From Eledone cirrhosa (Eukaryota), in contig OZ024741.1 of the NCBI GenBank assembly GCA_964016885.1, positions 191,394,001 through 191,458,000 of the forward strand: a stretch of DNA of 64,000 bases. Reading direction: 5' to 3'. A program made the translations under genes and the position numbers. Position 1 is the first letter of the stretch, and every line of letters starts with the position of its first letter. Shown piece after piece: positions 28,010-40,559 of the stretch. The notes under the pieces are model-generated. The model ran no database searches. It saw only the letters and a program-made list of their open reading frames with translations, and was not told where the DNA came from.

Positions 28010-28230
28010 GGTGGATTGGCAGTATCGGTAGAGAGTCGGACAACAAGCTTTGCGTTCTGAGTTCGGACCATATGCTTTACATTCTGGGTTCAAATCATAC
28101 CGGGTTAGCTTTGCCTTTCATCCTTACAGGGTTGATAAAATAAAGTACCCGTCACGTACTGGGGTCGATTTAATCTACTTTCCCTTCCCCCCAAATTGCT
28201 GGCCTTGTGCCTATATCAGAAACCATTATT
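28010..28230 (+). mobile_element. SINE, longer and older subfamily of the same family
   Basis: Same head and core plus an extra ggggtcgatttaatctactttcccttcccccaaattgctgg segment. Confidence 0.75.
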
Positions 28231-28710
28231 ATTTATATTCTTCGTCCTTGTTGTTGTTGTTACAGATTGACAAAATGCAGTATTTAGTTACATCTTTTAT
28301 ATCCTAAACTCAAATCCTGCTGCGTAGATATCACAGTGGTAGCAGCAGAAACAGACTGCTATATAACCTTCAAAACTTATGAAAATATGATGTTATCAAA
28401 CCATAGGAAATAGGATTTAATAAATTCTATAGAAAAGTATATATCTTTGAACTAGGATAATTCCAAGAGAGGATTCACAAATCTAAAAGGTCAATATTTG
28501 AACTCAACTGAACCTCATTCAACTTTGGTGCAATCATAACTATTATACACTCTCTTAGAAAAACTATCTGTCTATCTATATTTAATATCAGGAATAAATC
28601 ATATACACAAGAGCAAGAATGACGAGGTTGTTCTTAAGAGGCTGTTTGCATGATTGCAAATTAATCAAATATTATTATTAATATTCGAAAAACTCAGATT
28701 TACATTTCTT

Positions 28711-30395
28711 ATCATCATCATCATTTTATGTCTGCTTTTCCCTGCTTGCAAGGGTGGGACAGGTCTTATTCAGCACAGCATCTCTCCAATTGTCACGGTC
28801 CTTCGTCATCTCTAGCGTGAGCTTCAGCGATCTGAGGTCTGTTCTCACCACCTCCGCCCATGTTTTTCGTGGTCTCCCTCTACCACGTCTTCCTTCAACT
28901 GGCTTTTCCTGGCACATCTTCACCCATCAGTCATCCTCCATGCGCATCACATGTCCATACCACCACAGTCTCCTCTCTCGCACACTACATTTTATCCCTC
29001 TCAGACACAGTTTCTCTCTCAACACATCCATGCTGGGTCGTTCACGCACATTGACATTGCACATCCAACAGAGCGTGCTTGCCTCATTTCTCTCCAGCCA
29101 TCGCATATCCTCTGCAGTTGCTGCCCATGTCTCACTACCATGCAGCATCGCGCTCCTCACACAGGCGTCATATAACCGGCCTTTCGTACGCAGGGAGAAA
29201 CCCTTCTTTGTCAGCAGAGGAAGCAGCTCCCTAAACTTCTTCCAACCCGTCCTTATTCTAGATACTATGGCCTCGAAACACCTCTCTCCCATGCTAATCT
29301 GATCTCCTAGGTACCGGAAGCTATCCACCACATCTATAGCACCAGCCTGTATTTGAAAAGTGTGTCTATCAATGCGATTTCTACTATCTAATTTCCATGT
29401 ACATCTACTGCATACGTATTTCTCCCTACCTGTTAGTTTACCTGCTATCCCACTACATCTCTTGTGTACCCAGGATCTGCATTCTGTACATTTTATAGAA
29501 TTTATGCCAGTTCCTTTTCATCATATCAAACATGGCCATTTCCCTGACGGAATCAGAGTTTTGTCCTCTTTTCTACTCATCAACACTTTTGTCTTAGCTA
29601 GGTTCACTCTCAGTCCTCAGTCCAACTGCTGTTTCCATAGCCAGAATTTATTCTCTAGCTCCTCTACTGATTCTGCTAAAAGAACCAGTTCGTCAGCATA
29701 GAGAAGTTCCCATGGACAGCCAGTCTTAAACTCCACTGTTATGGCTTGGAGGACTATAATGAACAAGAGCGGGCTGAGGACTGAACCCTGATGTACTCCT
29801 ACTTGTATCTGGAATTCCTCACTAAACTCCATTCCTACCCTCACTTTATTGACAGCACCTCTGTACAAAGTTTGCACTGTCCTCACAAGCCATTCCTCAA
29901 AACCCAGCTTCCTTAGGGACCACCAGATGACAGATCGGGGTACCCTATAAAAAACCTTCTCTGGGTCAACAAGAGCTAAGTACAGTAGCTTATTCTTCTC
30001 TAAGAACCTCTCTTGTAATTGTCTCACCAAGAAGAGGGCATCTGTTGTACTTTTCCGAGGCACAAAACCAAACTGCATCTCATCTAGTTTCACTCTTTCT
30101 CTAATTAGTTGTGCTAATATCCTTTCTGCCACTTTCATGACCTGATCCATCAGTTTTATGCCCCTATAATTGCTCCTCTCCAGAGCATCCCCTTTACCTT
30201 TGTAGCAATTTATGAGAATACTGCTGCACCAGTCTTTGGGTATGACACCACCAAGTTTAGTGCCTATGGCCCCTGATGCCTTCAGCATCTCAGCAACTAT
30301 CTCCGACGGTCCAGCAGCCTTACCATTTTTCATTTCCTTAATTGCCTCTTGGACCCTATATTCGTTAATCTCAATAGCTGGTCGTCGGATCTACT
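28711..30395 (-). pseudogene. RTE-clade LINE, 5'-truncated, frameshifted, (ATG)n tail; same family as 17495-18467
   Basis: GKAAGP, NYRGIKL, QFGF, GVHQGSVLSPLLF, LLYADE, FRYLG, RGRPRKTW. Confidence 0.88.
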
Positions 30396-30499
30396 GAGGG
30401 TAATTTCTTATATATATATATATATATATATTGTTATACTCGGGAAGTGTCATATTGTAATAATATTGCCAGAAATAATAAAACAAATTCATCGGCGTC

Positions 30500-30531
<32 letters not shown>

Positions 30532-31554
30532 GTATATGTGTGTGTGTGTCAAAAGTGGAAGTATACAATCTCAAAAGAGAGTAGAGACAGACATATAGGT
30601 TGTAATTGATAGCCACAGACTGAGGCATTTGCTCAATATTTCAATCATGCAAAAGAAGCGTTTGGTTAGAGCGTGGAAAAAGTTAGTTTTGCATTTATGA
30701 AATAAATCAAAAGTATTTGAAGAACATTAACCAACTTTCATTAAAAACTGTTTAAATCGCTGATTAAACAGTTCTTAATGAAAGTTGGCCAGGGACTATT
30801 GAAATAGTACCAAGGACCTTCTTTAATAATTATATATATATATACATCCGATTTCCCCTCCACCACTATAGGATAGAGAGAGCCAATGACTGATAACCTC
30901 CCTAATGCTAGAGCTACAATAAAATGCACCCAGTACACTGTAAGGTGGTTGGTATAGGAAGGGACCCATCTTCGGTTATGACATAACAACCTCTCTAGAG
31001 TTGGTGATCTACATGATAAATGCACTCTGTAATGAGGTTAATGGTAAGAAGGGCACATGGCTATAGAAAACCTGTCAAACAAAGAGTAAGAAGACTTTTC
31101 AGTTCATCTAAAGATATGATGATCTCCTTAGTGCTGGTACCACCATAAAATGCATGGTGCACTCTGATTGAATACTAACATGGTCTGTAATGATCCATCC
31201 AACTGTTACTAGCAAGGGAAGTAGACGTTAAATGGTGATGATGATGAGATATATTTCTATAGGATGTAATTCTTTAAACCATATCTGCTCTCCAGTTTGG
31301 TATCAATCCTACACCTTTTTCTTATTTCTTATTGTTTTCTTTTCTTCCTGTGCTTTAATAAAAGGTTTAACTCAAATTGCCAGATTCCTTCTCTTTCTCA
31401 CTGTAAATATTTACACTGTACACAAAATGCTCATATTTTTGTGTTGCTTTTTTTCACTTTTTGTTTACTCTGTTTGAAATTCTCATATTTTAACTATTTA
31501 AACTTCTGTCTTTTTGTGTCATCTTATATATAAATATAAATTTTGTGTAAGAAA

Positions 31555-31818
31555 TTAATTTTATATAAAACGTTCTTACTGATTTAACACATTTTACCTG
31601 TTTAGCTGGCTGGTCATTAATTTTATATAAAACGTTCTTTCTGATTTAACACATTTTACAAGTTTAGCTGCTGGTCATTGGCGACTTGTTAACACATTTT
31701 ACATGTTTAGCTGACTGACTATTGGTGATCTCTTAACACATTTTACATGTTTAGCTGACTGACCATTGGTGATTTCTTAACACATTTTACATGTTTAGCT
31801 GGCTGGCTATTGATGAAG
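31555..31818 (+). repeat. Tandem array of five copies of the branch point/3' splice site/exon start
   Basis: ttaacacattttac(a/c)(t/a)gtttAG|ctg recurs five times; the last copy is the true acceptor. Confidence 0.85.
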
Positions 31819-31872
31819 ATGATGGTGTTACTGTCAGAGAACTTGTACGAGGAGAAACTGAACTTTTAAACA
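31799..31872 (+). CDS. LOXHD1: Internal exon of LOXHD1-like gene: (R)WLAIDEDDGVTVRELVRGETELLN
   Basis: tttAG acceptor, GTAAG donor; CG+C completes the Arg of the PLAT motif RWLA.DEDDG...REL; ends in phase 1. Confidence 0.85.
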
Positions 31873-31984
31873 GTAAGTTTAGTTTTATTGGATATGTGTT
31901 TATTGCTGATATATAAAACATCGATGTCTATTACTGATTTATATTCATTTTCTGTGTGTATATTATTGTTTTGTATAGAGGATA

Positions 31985-33590
31985 TGTGTGTCTATTACTG
32001 TCTTATATTAATGTAGTGTGTCTATTACTGTCTTATATTGATGTAGTGTGTCTATTACTGTCTTATATTGTAGTGTAGTGTGTCTATTACTGTCTTATAT
32101 TGTGGTGTAGTGTGTCTATTACTGTCTTATATTGAGGTGTAGTGTGTCTATTACTGTCTTATATTGAGGTGTAGTGTGTCTATTACTGTCTTATATTGTA
32201 GTGTAGTGTGTCTATTACTGTCTTATATTGAGGTGTAGTGTGTCTATTACTGTCTTATATTGTAGTGTAGTGTGTCTATTACTGTCTTATATTGAGGTGC
32301 AGTGTGTCTATTACTGTCTTATATTGATGTTATGTGTGTCTATTACTGTCTTATATTGTAGTGTAGTGTGTCTATTACTGTCTTATATTGAGGTGTAGTG
32401 TGTCTATTACTGTCTTATATTGAGGTGTAGTGTGTCTATTATTGTCTTATATTGAGGTCTAGTGTGTCTATTGCTGTCTTATATTGAGGTGTAGTGTGTC
32501 TATTACTGTCTTATATTAAGGTGTAGTGTGTCTATTACTGTCTTATATTGTGGTGTAGTGTGTCTATTACTGTCTTATATTGTAGTGTAGTGTGTCTATT
32601 ACTGTCTTATATTGTGGTGTAGTGTGTCTATTACTGTCTTATATTGAGGTGTAGTGTGTCTATTACTGTCTTATATTGAGGTGTAGTGTGTCTATTACTG
32701 TCTTATATTGAGGTGTAGTGTGTCTATTACTGTCTTATATTGTAGTGTAGTGTGTCTATTACTGTCTTATATTGAGGTGTAATGTGTCTATTACTGTCTT
32801 ATATTGTAGTGTAGTGTGTCTATTACTGTCTTATATTGAGGTGCAGTGTGTCTATTACTGTCTTATATTGATGTTATGTGTGTCTATTACTGTCTTATAT
32901 TGTAGTGTAGTGTGTCTATTACTGTCTTATATTGATGTTATGTGTGTCTATTACTGTCTTATATTTTAGTGTAGTGTGTCTATTACTGTCTTATATTGTG
33001 GTGTAGTGTGTCTATTACTGTCTTATATTGAGGTGTAGTGTGTCTATTACTGTCTTATATTGATGTTATGTGTGTCTATTACTGTCTTATATTGTAGTGT
33101 AGTGTGTCTATTACTGTCTTATATTGAGGTGTAGTGTGTCTATTACTGTCTTATATTGAGGTGTAGTGTGTCTATTACTGTCTTATATTGAGGTGTAGTG
33201 TGTCTATTACTGTCTTATATTGAGGTGTAGTGTGTCTATTACTGTCTTATATTGATGTTATGTGTGTCTATTACTGTCTTATATTGTAGTGTAGTGTGTC
33301 TATTACTGTCTTATATTGATGTTATGTGTGTCTATTACTGTCTTATATTGTAGTGTAGTGTGTCTATTACTGTCTTATATTGATGTTATGTGTGTCTATT
33401 ACTGTCTTATATTGTAGTGTAGTGTGTCTATTACTGTCTTATATTGATGTTATGTGTGTCTATTACTGTCTTATATTGTAGTGTAGTGTGTCTATTACTG
33501 TCTTATATTGATGTTATGTGTGTCTATTACTGTCTTATATTGTAGTGTAGTGTGTCTATTACTGTCTTATATTGTGGTGTAGTGTGACTA
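31985..33590. repeat. 32-bp minisatellite (tgtctattactgtcttatattgaggtgtagtg), about 50 copies
   Basis: Direct tandem periodicity with a few variant units. Confidence 0.95.
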
Positions 33591-34009
33591 ATGTAGACTA
33601 CTTACTGTTCATACTCTTCCACATTCATGTAGTTCCTTATGTTTCTTCCAGACTGAGCGGGGCTGTCTGATTATATATAATTTCCAGGCTACATGTCACA
33701 AATGTTAGATCATGTAATCAGATTTTAACTCATTACAAAATAATTGTCCTCATCAATAAGAGAAAATAATACAACACTCATTTTACAATTGTCTGAAAAA
33801 TTGACGTGATTCATGAGAAAAAGTTTAATTACCATGAGACAATTATTGTCTTTCTTTTCCTGTCAATTAACATATATTATTTTGTATTTTGATAACACAA
33901 AATAAAAGGCTTGCTGTGTAATCTTTAGGTTGCAGTGGCTATTAGAGAACCTTTAATAGGCTAAATATTTGTTTTCCAATATATCATTAGGATTAAATGA
34001 GGATATTCA

Positions 34010-35750
34010 GTAGAGGGTGTGTCTATTGTAGTGGACGTTGTCTCTGTATTTGTAGTGGGTAGGTGTATTGTAGTGAGGGTGGGAGTATTTTAGTGAGGGT
34101 GGGTGTATTACAGTAGAGGTTGTGTATATTGTAGTGAGAGTGGTTGTATTGTAGTGAGGGAGGGTGTTTTGTAGTGAGGGAGGGTGTATTGTAGTAAAGG
34201 TGGGTGTATTGTAGTGAGGGTGGGTGTATTGTAGTGAGCGTGGGTGTATTGTAGTGAGCGTGGGTGTATTGAAGTGAGGGTGGGTGTATTGTAGTGAGGG
34301 TGAGTGTATTGTAGTGAGGGTGGGTGTATTGTAGTGAGCGTGAGTGTATTACACTAGAGGTTATGTGTATTGTAGTGAGGGTGGGTGTATTGTAGTAAAG
34401 GTGGGTGTATTGTAGTGAGGGTGGGTGTATTGTAGTGAGCGTGGGTGTATTGAAGTGAGGGTGGGTGTATTGTAGTGAGGGTGAGTGTATTGTAGTGAGG
34501 GTGAGTGTATTGTAGTGAGGGTGGATGTATTGTAGTGAGGGTGGATGTATTGTAGTGAGCATAGGTGTATTACACTAGAGGTTGTGTGTATTGTAGTGAG
34601 TGTTGGTGTATTGTAGTGAGTGTGGGTGTATTGTAATGAGGGTGAGTGTATTGTAGTGAGGGTGGGTGTATTATAGTAGAGGTTTTGTGTATTGTACTCA
34701 GGATGGGAGTATTTTAGTGAGATTGGGTGTTATACAGTAGATGTTGTGTATATTGTAGTGAGGGTGGGTGTATTGTAGTGAGGGTGGGTGTATTGTAGTG
34801 AGGGTGAGTGTATTGTAATGTGGGTGGGTGTATTGTAGTGAGGGTGGGTGTATTGTATGGAGGATGGGTGTATTGTAGTAAAGGTGGGTGTTTTGTAGCG
34901 AGGGTGGGTGTATTATATTAGAAGTTGTGTATATTGCTGAAGAGGTCGTGTTTATTGTAGTGAGAGTGGGTGTATTACAGTAAAGGTTGTGTGTATTGTA
35001 GTTAGGGTAGGTGTGTTGTAGTGTAGTTATGGGTGTTGTATTGAGGGGGGTGTATTGTAGTGAGAGTGGGTGTATTACAGTAGAGATTGTGTGTATTGTA
35101 GTTAGGGTAGGTGTGTTGTAGTGTAGTTATGGGTGTTGTATTGAGGGGGGTGTATTGTAGTGAGGGTGGGTGTATTACAGTAGAGATTGTGTGTATTGTA
35201 GTTAGGGTAGGTGTGTTGTAGTGTAGTTATGGGTGTTGTATTGAGGGGGGTGTATTGTAGTGAGGGTGGGTGTATTGTAACGAGGGTGGGTATATTACAG
35301 TAGAGGTTGTGTGTATTGTAGTTAGGGTAGGTGTGGTGTAGTGTAGTTATGGGTGTTGTATTGAGGGGGGTGTATTATAGTGAGGGTGGGTGTATTGTAA
35401 CGAGGGTGGGTATATTACAGTAGAGGTTGTGTGTATTGTAGTTAGGGTAGGTGTAGTGAGGGTGATTGTATTGCAGTGTGGGTGTATTGTAGTGAGGGTG
35501 GGTGTATTGTAGTTAGGGTGGGTGTATTGTAGTGAGGGTGGGTGTATTGAAGTGAGGGTGGGTGTATTGTAGTGAGGGTGGGTGTATTGTAGTGAGGGTG
35601 GGTGTATTATAGTGAGGATGGGTGTATTGTAGTTATATCAAGTGTATTGTAGTGAGGGTGGGTGTATTGTAGTCATATCGAGTGTATTGTAGTGAGGGTG
35701 GGTGTATTGTAGTGAGGGTGGTTGTATTACAGTAGAGGTTGTGTATATAA
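34010..35750. repeat. 20-bp minisatellite (gtgtattgtagtgagggtgg) with a 100-120-bp higher-order block at ~34960-35460
   Basis: Direct tandem periodicity. Confidence 0.95.
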
Positions 35751-36350
35751 TATATATACATGCAAACAAAACAAGAATATAGGTCTGTGTGTAGGTGTGT
35801 GTGTGCATGTATGTTTGTATGTTTGGTATGTTTGAGCAAGTGTGCATATGCACATGCATGTGTGCATATACGCATGCTTGTGTGTATGTGTGTGTACATG
35901 TTTGTGCAGGTGTGTAAATGTGCATGTGTGTATGTGTATGCATGTGTGAGTGCTTGTGTGTGTGTGTTCATGTGTGTATATGTGTGCTAGGTGCAGTGAA
36001 ATTGAGAAACTAAAACATCCGTCCCTAACATTGCAACTTGTCTATGATTATATTTCTGTTAAAATAATTATTACTGTGCTAGATGAGCGGGGGTGTAAGC
36101 AGTAATAGGGGTAGGGGTAGACAAAAAGGGAAGACCGACAGAGAGATACAGACAAAATGGGAAGACAGACAGACTTTCAGACATAAAGGGAAGGCAGACA
36201 GATAAGTGGAGGTAGAGAAGGGATGTGAGGGAGGGCATTCTGTTACTGTTGACTTCCAGCAACTTCCTGATAGTTTCATTTGTCTCTGCACACAACTCTG
36301 TCATCCATTATTATAGAGTTACAGTGCCATTATTTTATAGTATGTCTGCC

Positions 36351-36540
36351 GGTGGATTGGCAGTATCGGTAGAGGGTCGGGCGCCATGCTTTGAAGCATA
36401 GAGTTACCTCCCTTTATGATCTGAGTTCAAATCCCGCCGAGGTTAACTTTGCCTTTCATCCTTACGGGGTCGATAAAATAAAGTACCAGTAATGCATTAG
36501 GTAATTGCTGGCCCCTTGTGCCTAAAGTAGAAACAATTAT
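36351..36540 (+). mobile_element. SINE copy (same family as 593-776)
   Basis: Near-identical to 593-776. Confidence 0.85.
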
Positions 36541-36598
36541 TATATCATTAATTAAAACCATTTCATATAAAGGTAACATTTTTGGTATCAATGCAAAC

Positions 36599-36664
<66 letters not shown>

Positions 36665-36665
36665 A

Positions 36666-36699
<34 letters not shown>

Positions 36700-36701
<2 letters not shown>

Positions 36702-38540
36702 CAAGGAAACGGCAAAACAGAGATACAAAGAGTCTTATTCATTTCATGCTTTAGATGGAAAAGGGGAAAGAAAGTTCGAAATGTTAGGCTTTAGCTTTTC
36801 TTCAGGAGTACAAAAAATTAAGACAGGATCACAAAGGTTAGACACAGAAAATAAAGATAGTCAGTTGTAAAAAAAAACAAAAATTAATGAGAGTAGACAA
36901 GATAAACCATTAGGTAGTCTTTCTAACAATTTTGGAACGCTGTGTGTATTAGTGTCAGTATTATGTACGAGTATATTTAAACGTGTGTGTGTTTTCAAGA
37001 GTTTATTGTGTAAAGTATCAATGTTTGTGTGTTATGCATATATCCATGTGGTGTATGGTTGTGGATTTTTATGTGCGAGTGAATGTAAGTTTGAATGTGT
37101 GTACTGTATATGTGCGTTGAAGTTTATTTTGTGTTTGTAAAGTATCTGGCAGTGTTTCAGTATGTCCGTGAGATGTGTGGATTTGTATGTGTGAGTGTTT
37201 GATTAAATTTTAACGCGCGTGTGTATGTTGAAGTTTATATTGTGTACGTGTAAAGTATCTAACTGATTTGTATGTAAGAGTGTATGTTTGTTTTAACGAG
37301 TTTGCAACATAGGATAGAGGAAGTATGTTTAGTGTGTGTTTGAAAGTATATGGCAGAGCAGATTATAGGAAGATGGGTAGGGCATTATGGTTAGGGGGAT
37401 GAAAGGTTTGTAAGGAAAGAATAAGTTGCTGTTCTCTTTGCCAGTGCAAGTAAGCGGGTCTGGCACAGAAGTGCAGCTGAAAGAGTCCCTAACTTGGAAG
37501 GACTAACCATAGGGACGGAAAAGCGTGGTGGTGTTGGAGATAAAGCTGCATGTATGGCAGCGGGGTCAGGAACATGAGTGAGATCCAGGAGATGAGTTGA
37601 GGGGAGGAAGAGCGCTGCTGACGAGGAGGTTCCAAAGATTACGAGTGCACTTGAATGAAGGAAGTGGTGGGAGGAGAAAATGAGTGAGGTGGAGGGATCT
37701 GACTATAGGCATGGGAAAAGACAGAGTCATCTTTTGTAGGGGAAAGGTAGAAGGGTGGTAGGTGAGGGAGAATGGCAGTCAGTTAGTAGGGGGGCAGTGG
37801 CATGGAGTAAGGGCAGTGGTATGATTGACGCCACAGACATGGGTGAGGACAACTTGGATCAGTGTAATGAGACTGAATCTCAAAATCATGGGTAGACAGA
37901 GAAATAAGGGATGGAGTGTTTGGTATGGGTGAGGTGGAAGGAGGAAGAGTCGAGGTAGGTGTGGTAGTCCGAGGGCTTGAAGTAGGCAGAGGTAATGAGG
38001 CAATGATTGGAGGGGACAATGGACGCAGAGATGTCCAGGAAGTTGACAGAAGAAGTGGAGATAAAGGTGGTGAACTCAAGAGTAGGGTGGAAGAAGCAGA
38101 AAAAGGACAAAAAGCATTCGAGCTGGGCTCGGGTGAGAGATGTGGTGCCAAAATAGTCATCAATGTAACGACTGTACAACCCGGAGGTTTGGTCGGAGTA
38201 TTGAGAACAGATTTGTACCTCAACATAGTCAACAAAGAAGTTGGCATAGTTGGGGCCCATTCTTGTACCCTGGTAAATCTCAACCGAGAAGAAGAAACAG
38301 TTGAAGGTGAGGACCAACTCAGCTAAGCGAATAAGGATGGAGGTGGAAGGTTGAGGGCAGGGGCGAAGGTTAAGAAAGTGTTGCAGGGCCAGGGGACCTT
38401 TGGTATGGAGAATGACTGTGTATAGGGACTTGATGTCAAGGTTGAAAAGTAGGGGTGGGGATCCAGGTGGGAGGATGGAGTCAAAGAGGCAGAGAGCATG
38501 GTTGGTGTCAGATAATGAGATGGTAGGGTGGCTACCAGGA
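36700..38540 (-). pseudogene. Decayed Penelope-like element (Penelope/Poseidon-type RT)
   Basis: LDIKSLYTVI, GTRMGPNYANFF, YSRYIDDYFG, VNFLDI, YFKPSDYHTYL; mutated HHR (CTGAAGA) near 36800. Confidence 0.78.
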
Positions 38541-38569
38541 GTGAGAATATGGAATCAAAATACCCACTC

Positions 38570-39160
38570 TGTTCTCTATCTGCTTCATTATGCTACTGAC
38601 ATCTGCCTTCCAAGACTTCAAAATCAGTAAACACTTACAGATTAGAACCTGTGGTAAAGTCTTTAATCTGAGCTGTTTTAACACCAAGTCCCAAACATTT
38701 GACACTCTTGTTAGTGAGTTCCTGTATGCTGATGATGCAGATTTTATGGCTCACACAGTAGAGGACATGCAGTTGATATTGGATACCTTTTCCAATGCAT
38801 GCACTGTGTTGGGGCTAAATATTAGTATTAAAAAAACAAAAATCATGTACACTCCACCAGTTGGGAAAGTGTATGTGGAACCAAACATTTTTTGTGAGAG
38901 GAACAAGTCTTCAAGTGGTGGACATCTTTATGTATCTTGGAAGTACATTTAGTAGAGATTGTACCCTCTATGTTGAAAGAATCACAGAATCGTGAAAGTG
39001 AGTCTTGCCTTTTGGAAGCTTGACAAGCGAGTCTGGTTAGATCAGAGTATCAGGAGAAACACAAAGCTATGTATGAGGTCTGTGTTTTTACAGCCTTGCT
39101 ATTTGGAGGCAAAACGTGGACAGCTTAAAGGCATCACATCAGGCAGCTGGAAAGATTTCA
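38570..39160 (+). pseudogene. RTE/BovB-type RT fragment
   Basis: FLYADDADF, GLNISIKKTKIM, F.YLGS. Confidence 0.7.
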
Positions 39161-39514
39161 TCAACATACATACATACATGCCTGCATACATACATACATA
39201 CATACATACATACATACATACATACAAGTACAATCCATTAATGGAACAGTAAAAATATGTAAAACATTCCAAAAATTTTGCATCTAATAACTGCATATAC
39301 ACATGTACAGATACAAAGCATATACACATGCACACATACAACTCAAAACATACACATACAATAACATCCATATCTACACATGCATGCATGCAGACATACA
39401 TACATATCTACCTAGTTGATGTTGTGTAAATTCCAATGAGAGAGTCTTGTGTCTATGTTAGAAACCGACTCTCTCTCTATTGGTAAAACTTTGTGAAATT
39501 ATAAAACCAGAAGA

Positions 39515-39545
<31 letters not shown>

Positions 39546-39559
39546 TGCATACATACAGC

Positions 39560-39870
39560 ACAACTGGCCTGATATTGTTGTTTGGAACCACACAAAATAT
39601 GCTCTGTTGTAGAGATCAGCTGCCCACTTGATGTCAACGTTGTAAGAAAAATACAGGAAAAGGAGGACATCTACGGACCATTGATGAGGAGTTTGCAGAC
39701 CCATTATCTAAGATACACCTTCAGCTTCATATCCATCATTATTGGAGCTACAAATTATATACCAACCCACTTGGACCAAAGTATGACTGAACCTGGATTT
39801 GTGGACAAAGAGCGTATCTCCCTAATTCTTAGACTACAAATGGCTGTGATAGCTGACACCTTCTAAAATT
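39560..39870 (+). pseudogene. RLE endonuclease 3' fragment of an R2/R4/NeSL-type LINE
   Basis: PDIVVW..VVEISCPLD..KEDIY..IIIGA. Confidence 0.6.
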
Positions 39871-40089
39871 TGTAAAACCTTCTTGGGATTCAAGGGATGA
39901 GAATTTCTTTTCTTTTACAACCTTGCCATCAGGAAGGTGGCCAGTCAAAAATGTACTCGAAATTAAGAGAATGAGAAACATACATGATGGCTGCCCCTTC
40001 ATTGTAGAGTATGGCCCATTGCACGATAAAAAAAAGATGAATAAAAATAACATATATATTGATAATTAACAATGCTGCAATCAAATATG

Positions 40090-40470
40090 GCTTTTTAGCC
40101 CAGCCAATGATCTAAAATATCTTGCACAGAGTTGGGAACCATGATAAAATCATTCACCGGCAATAGATGGCTGTGGTTGGTCTTCATGTACTTTTGCATG
40201 TCGTTTGAGTCCTCCTGTTGATCTACACTCTTTTCCACATACTTGACAGGTATGATGAGCAGCATCTCTGGCATCAGCCTGGTAGTCAACCACTGGTCTC
40301 ACTTTATGACTGCGAAGATGACTTTTGAGTCCAGCTTTGCTGAGGCAGAGTCTTGTACAGATGCTGCATGTCAGCGCCATAGGAGGACCTTTGCTGTCTA
40401 GAAATGTAACAGCAATGTCTTTCCTGACATCCCTTTTTACTTTCTCGTATGCGATTCGAGATGCTTCCAT
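40090..40470 (-). pseudogene. LINE (RTE-type) C-terminal C2H2 zinc-finger fragment
   Basis: CSICTRLCLSKAGLKSHLRSH and CQVCGKECRSTGGLKRHAKVH. Confidence 0.55.
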
Positions 40471-40559
40471 ATATACATGCATACATACATATATATGCAT
40501 GCATACATACATACGTACATACATACATGTGCCCAAGCATGGCCACAGCCCAACGGCTG

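Noticed and set aside
31985-33590. CRISPR-like look: a constant ~24-nt block alternating with a variable ~8-nt block
   Set aside because: The variable part has only about four recurring variants, there are no unique spacers and no cas genes, and the context is eukaryotic; it is a minisatellite
35001-35520. TTAGGG motifs suggesting interstitial telomere
   Set aside because: Isolated hexamers within variant 20-bp units, never tandem
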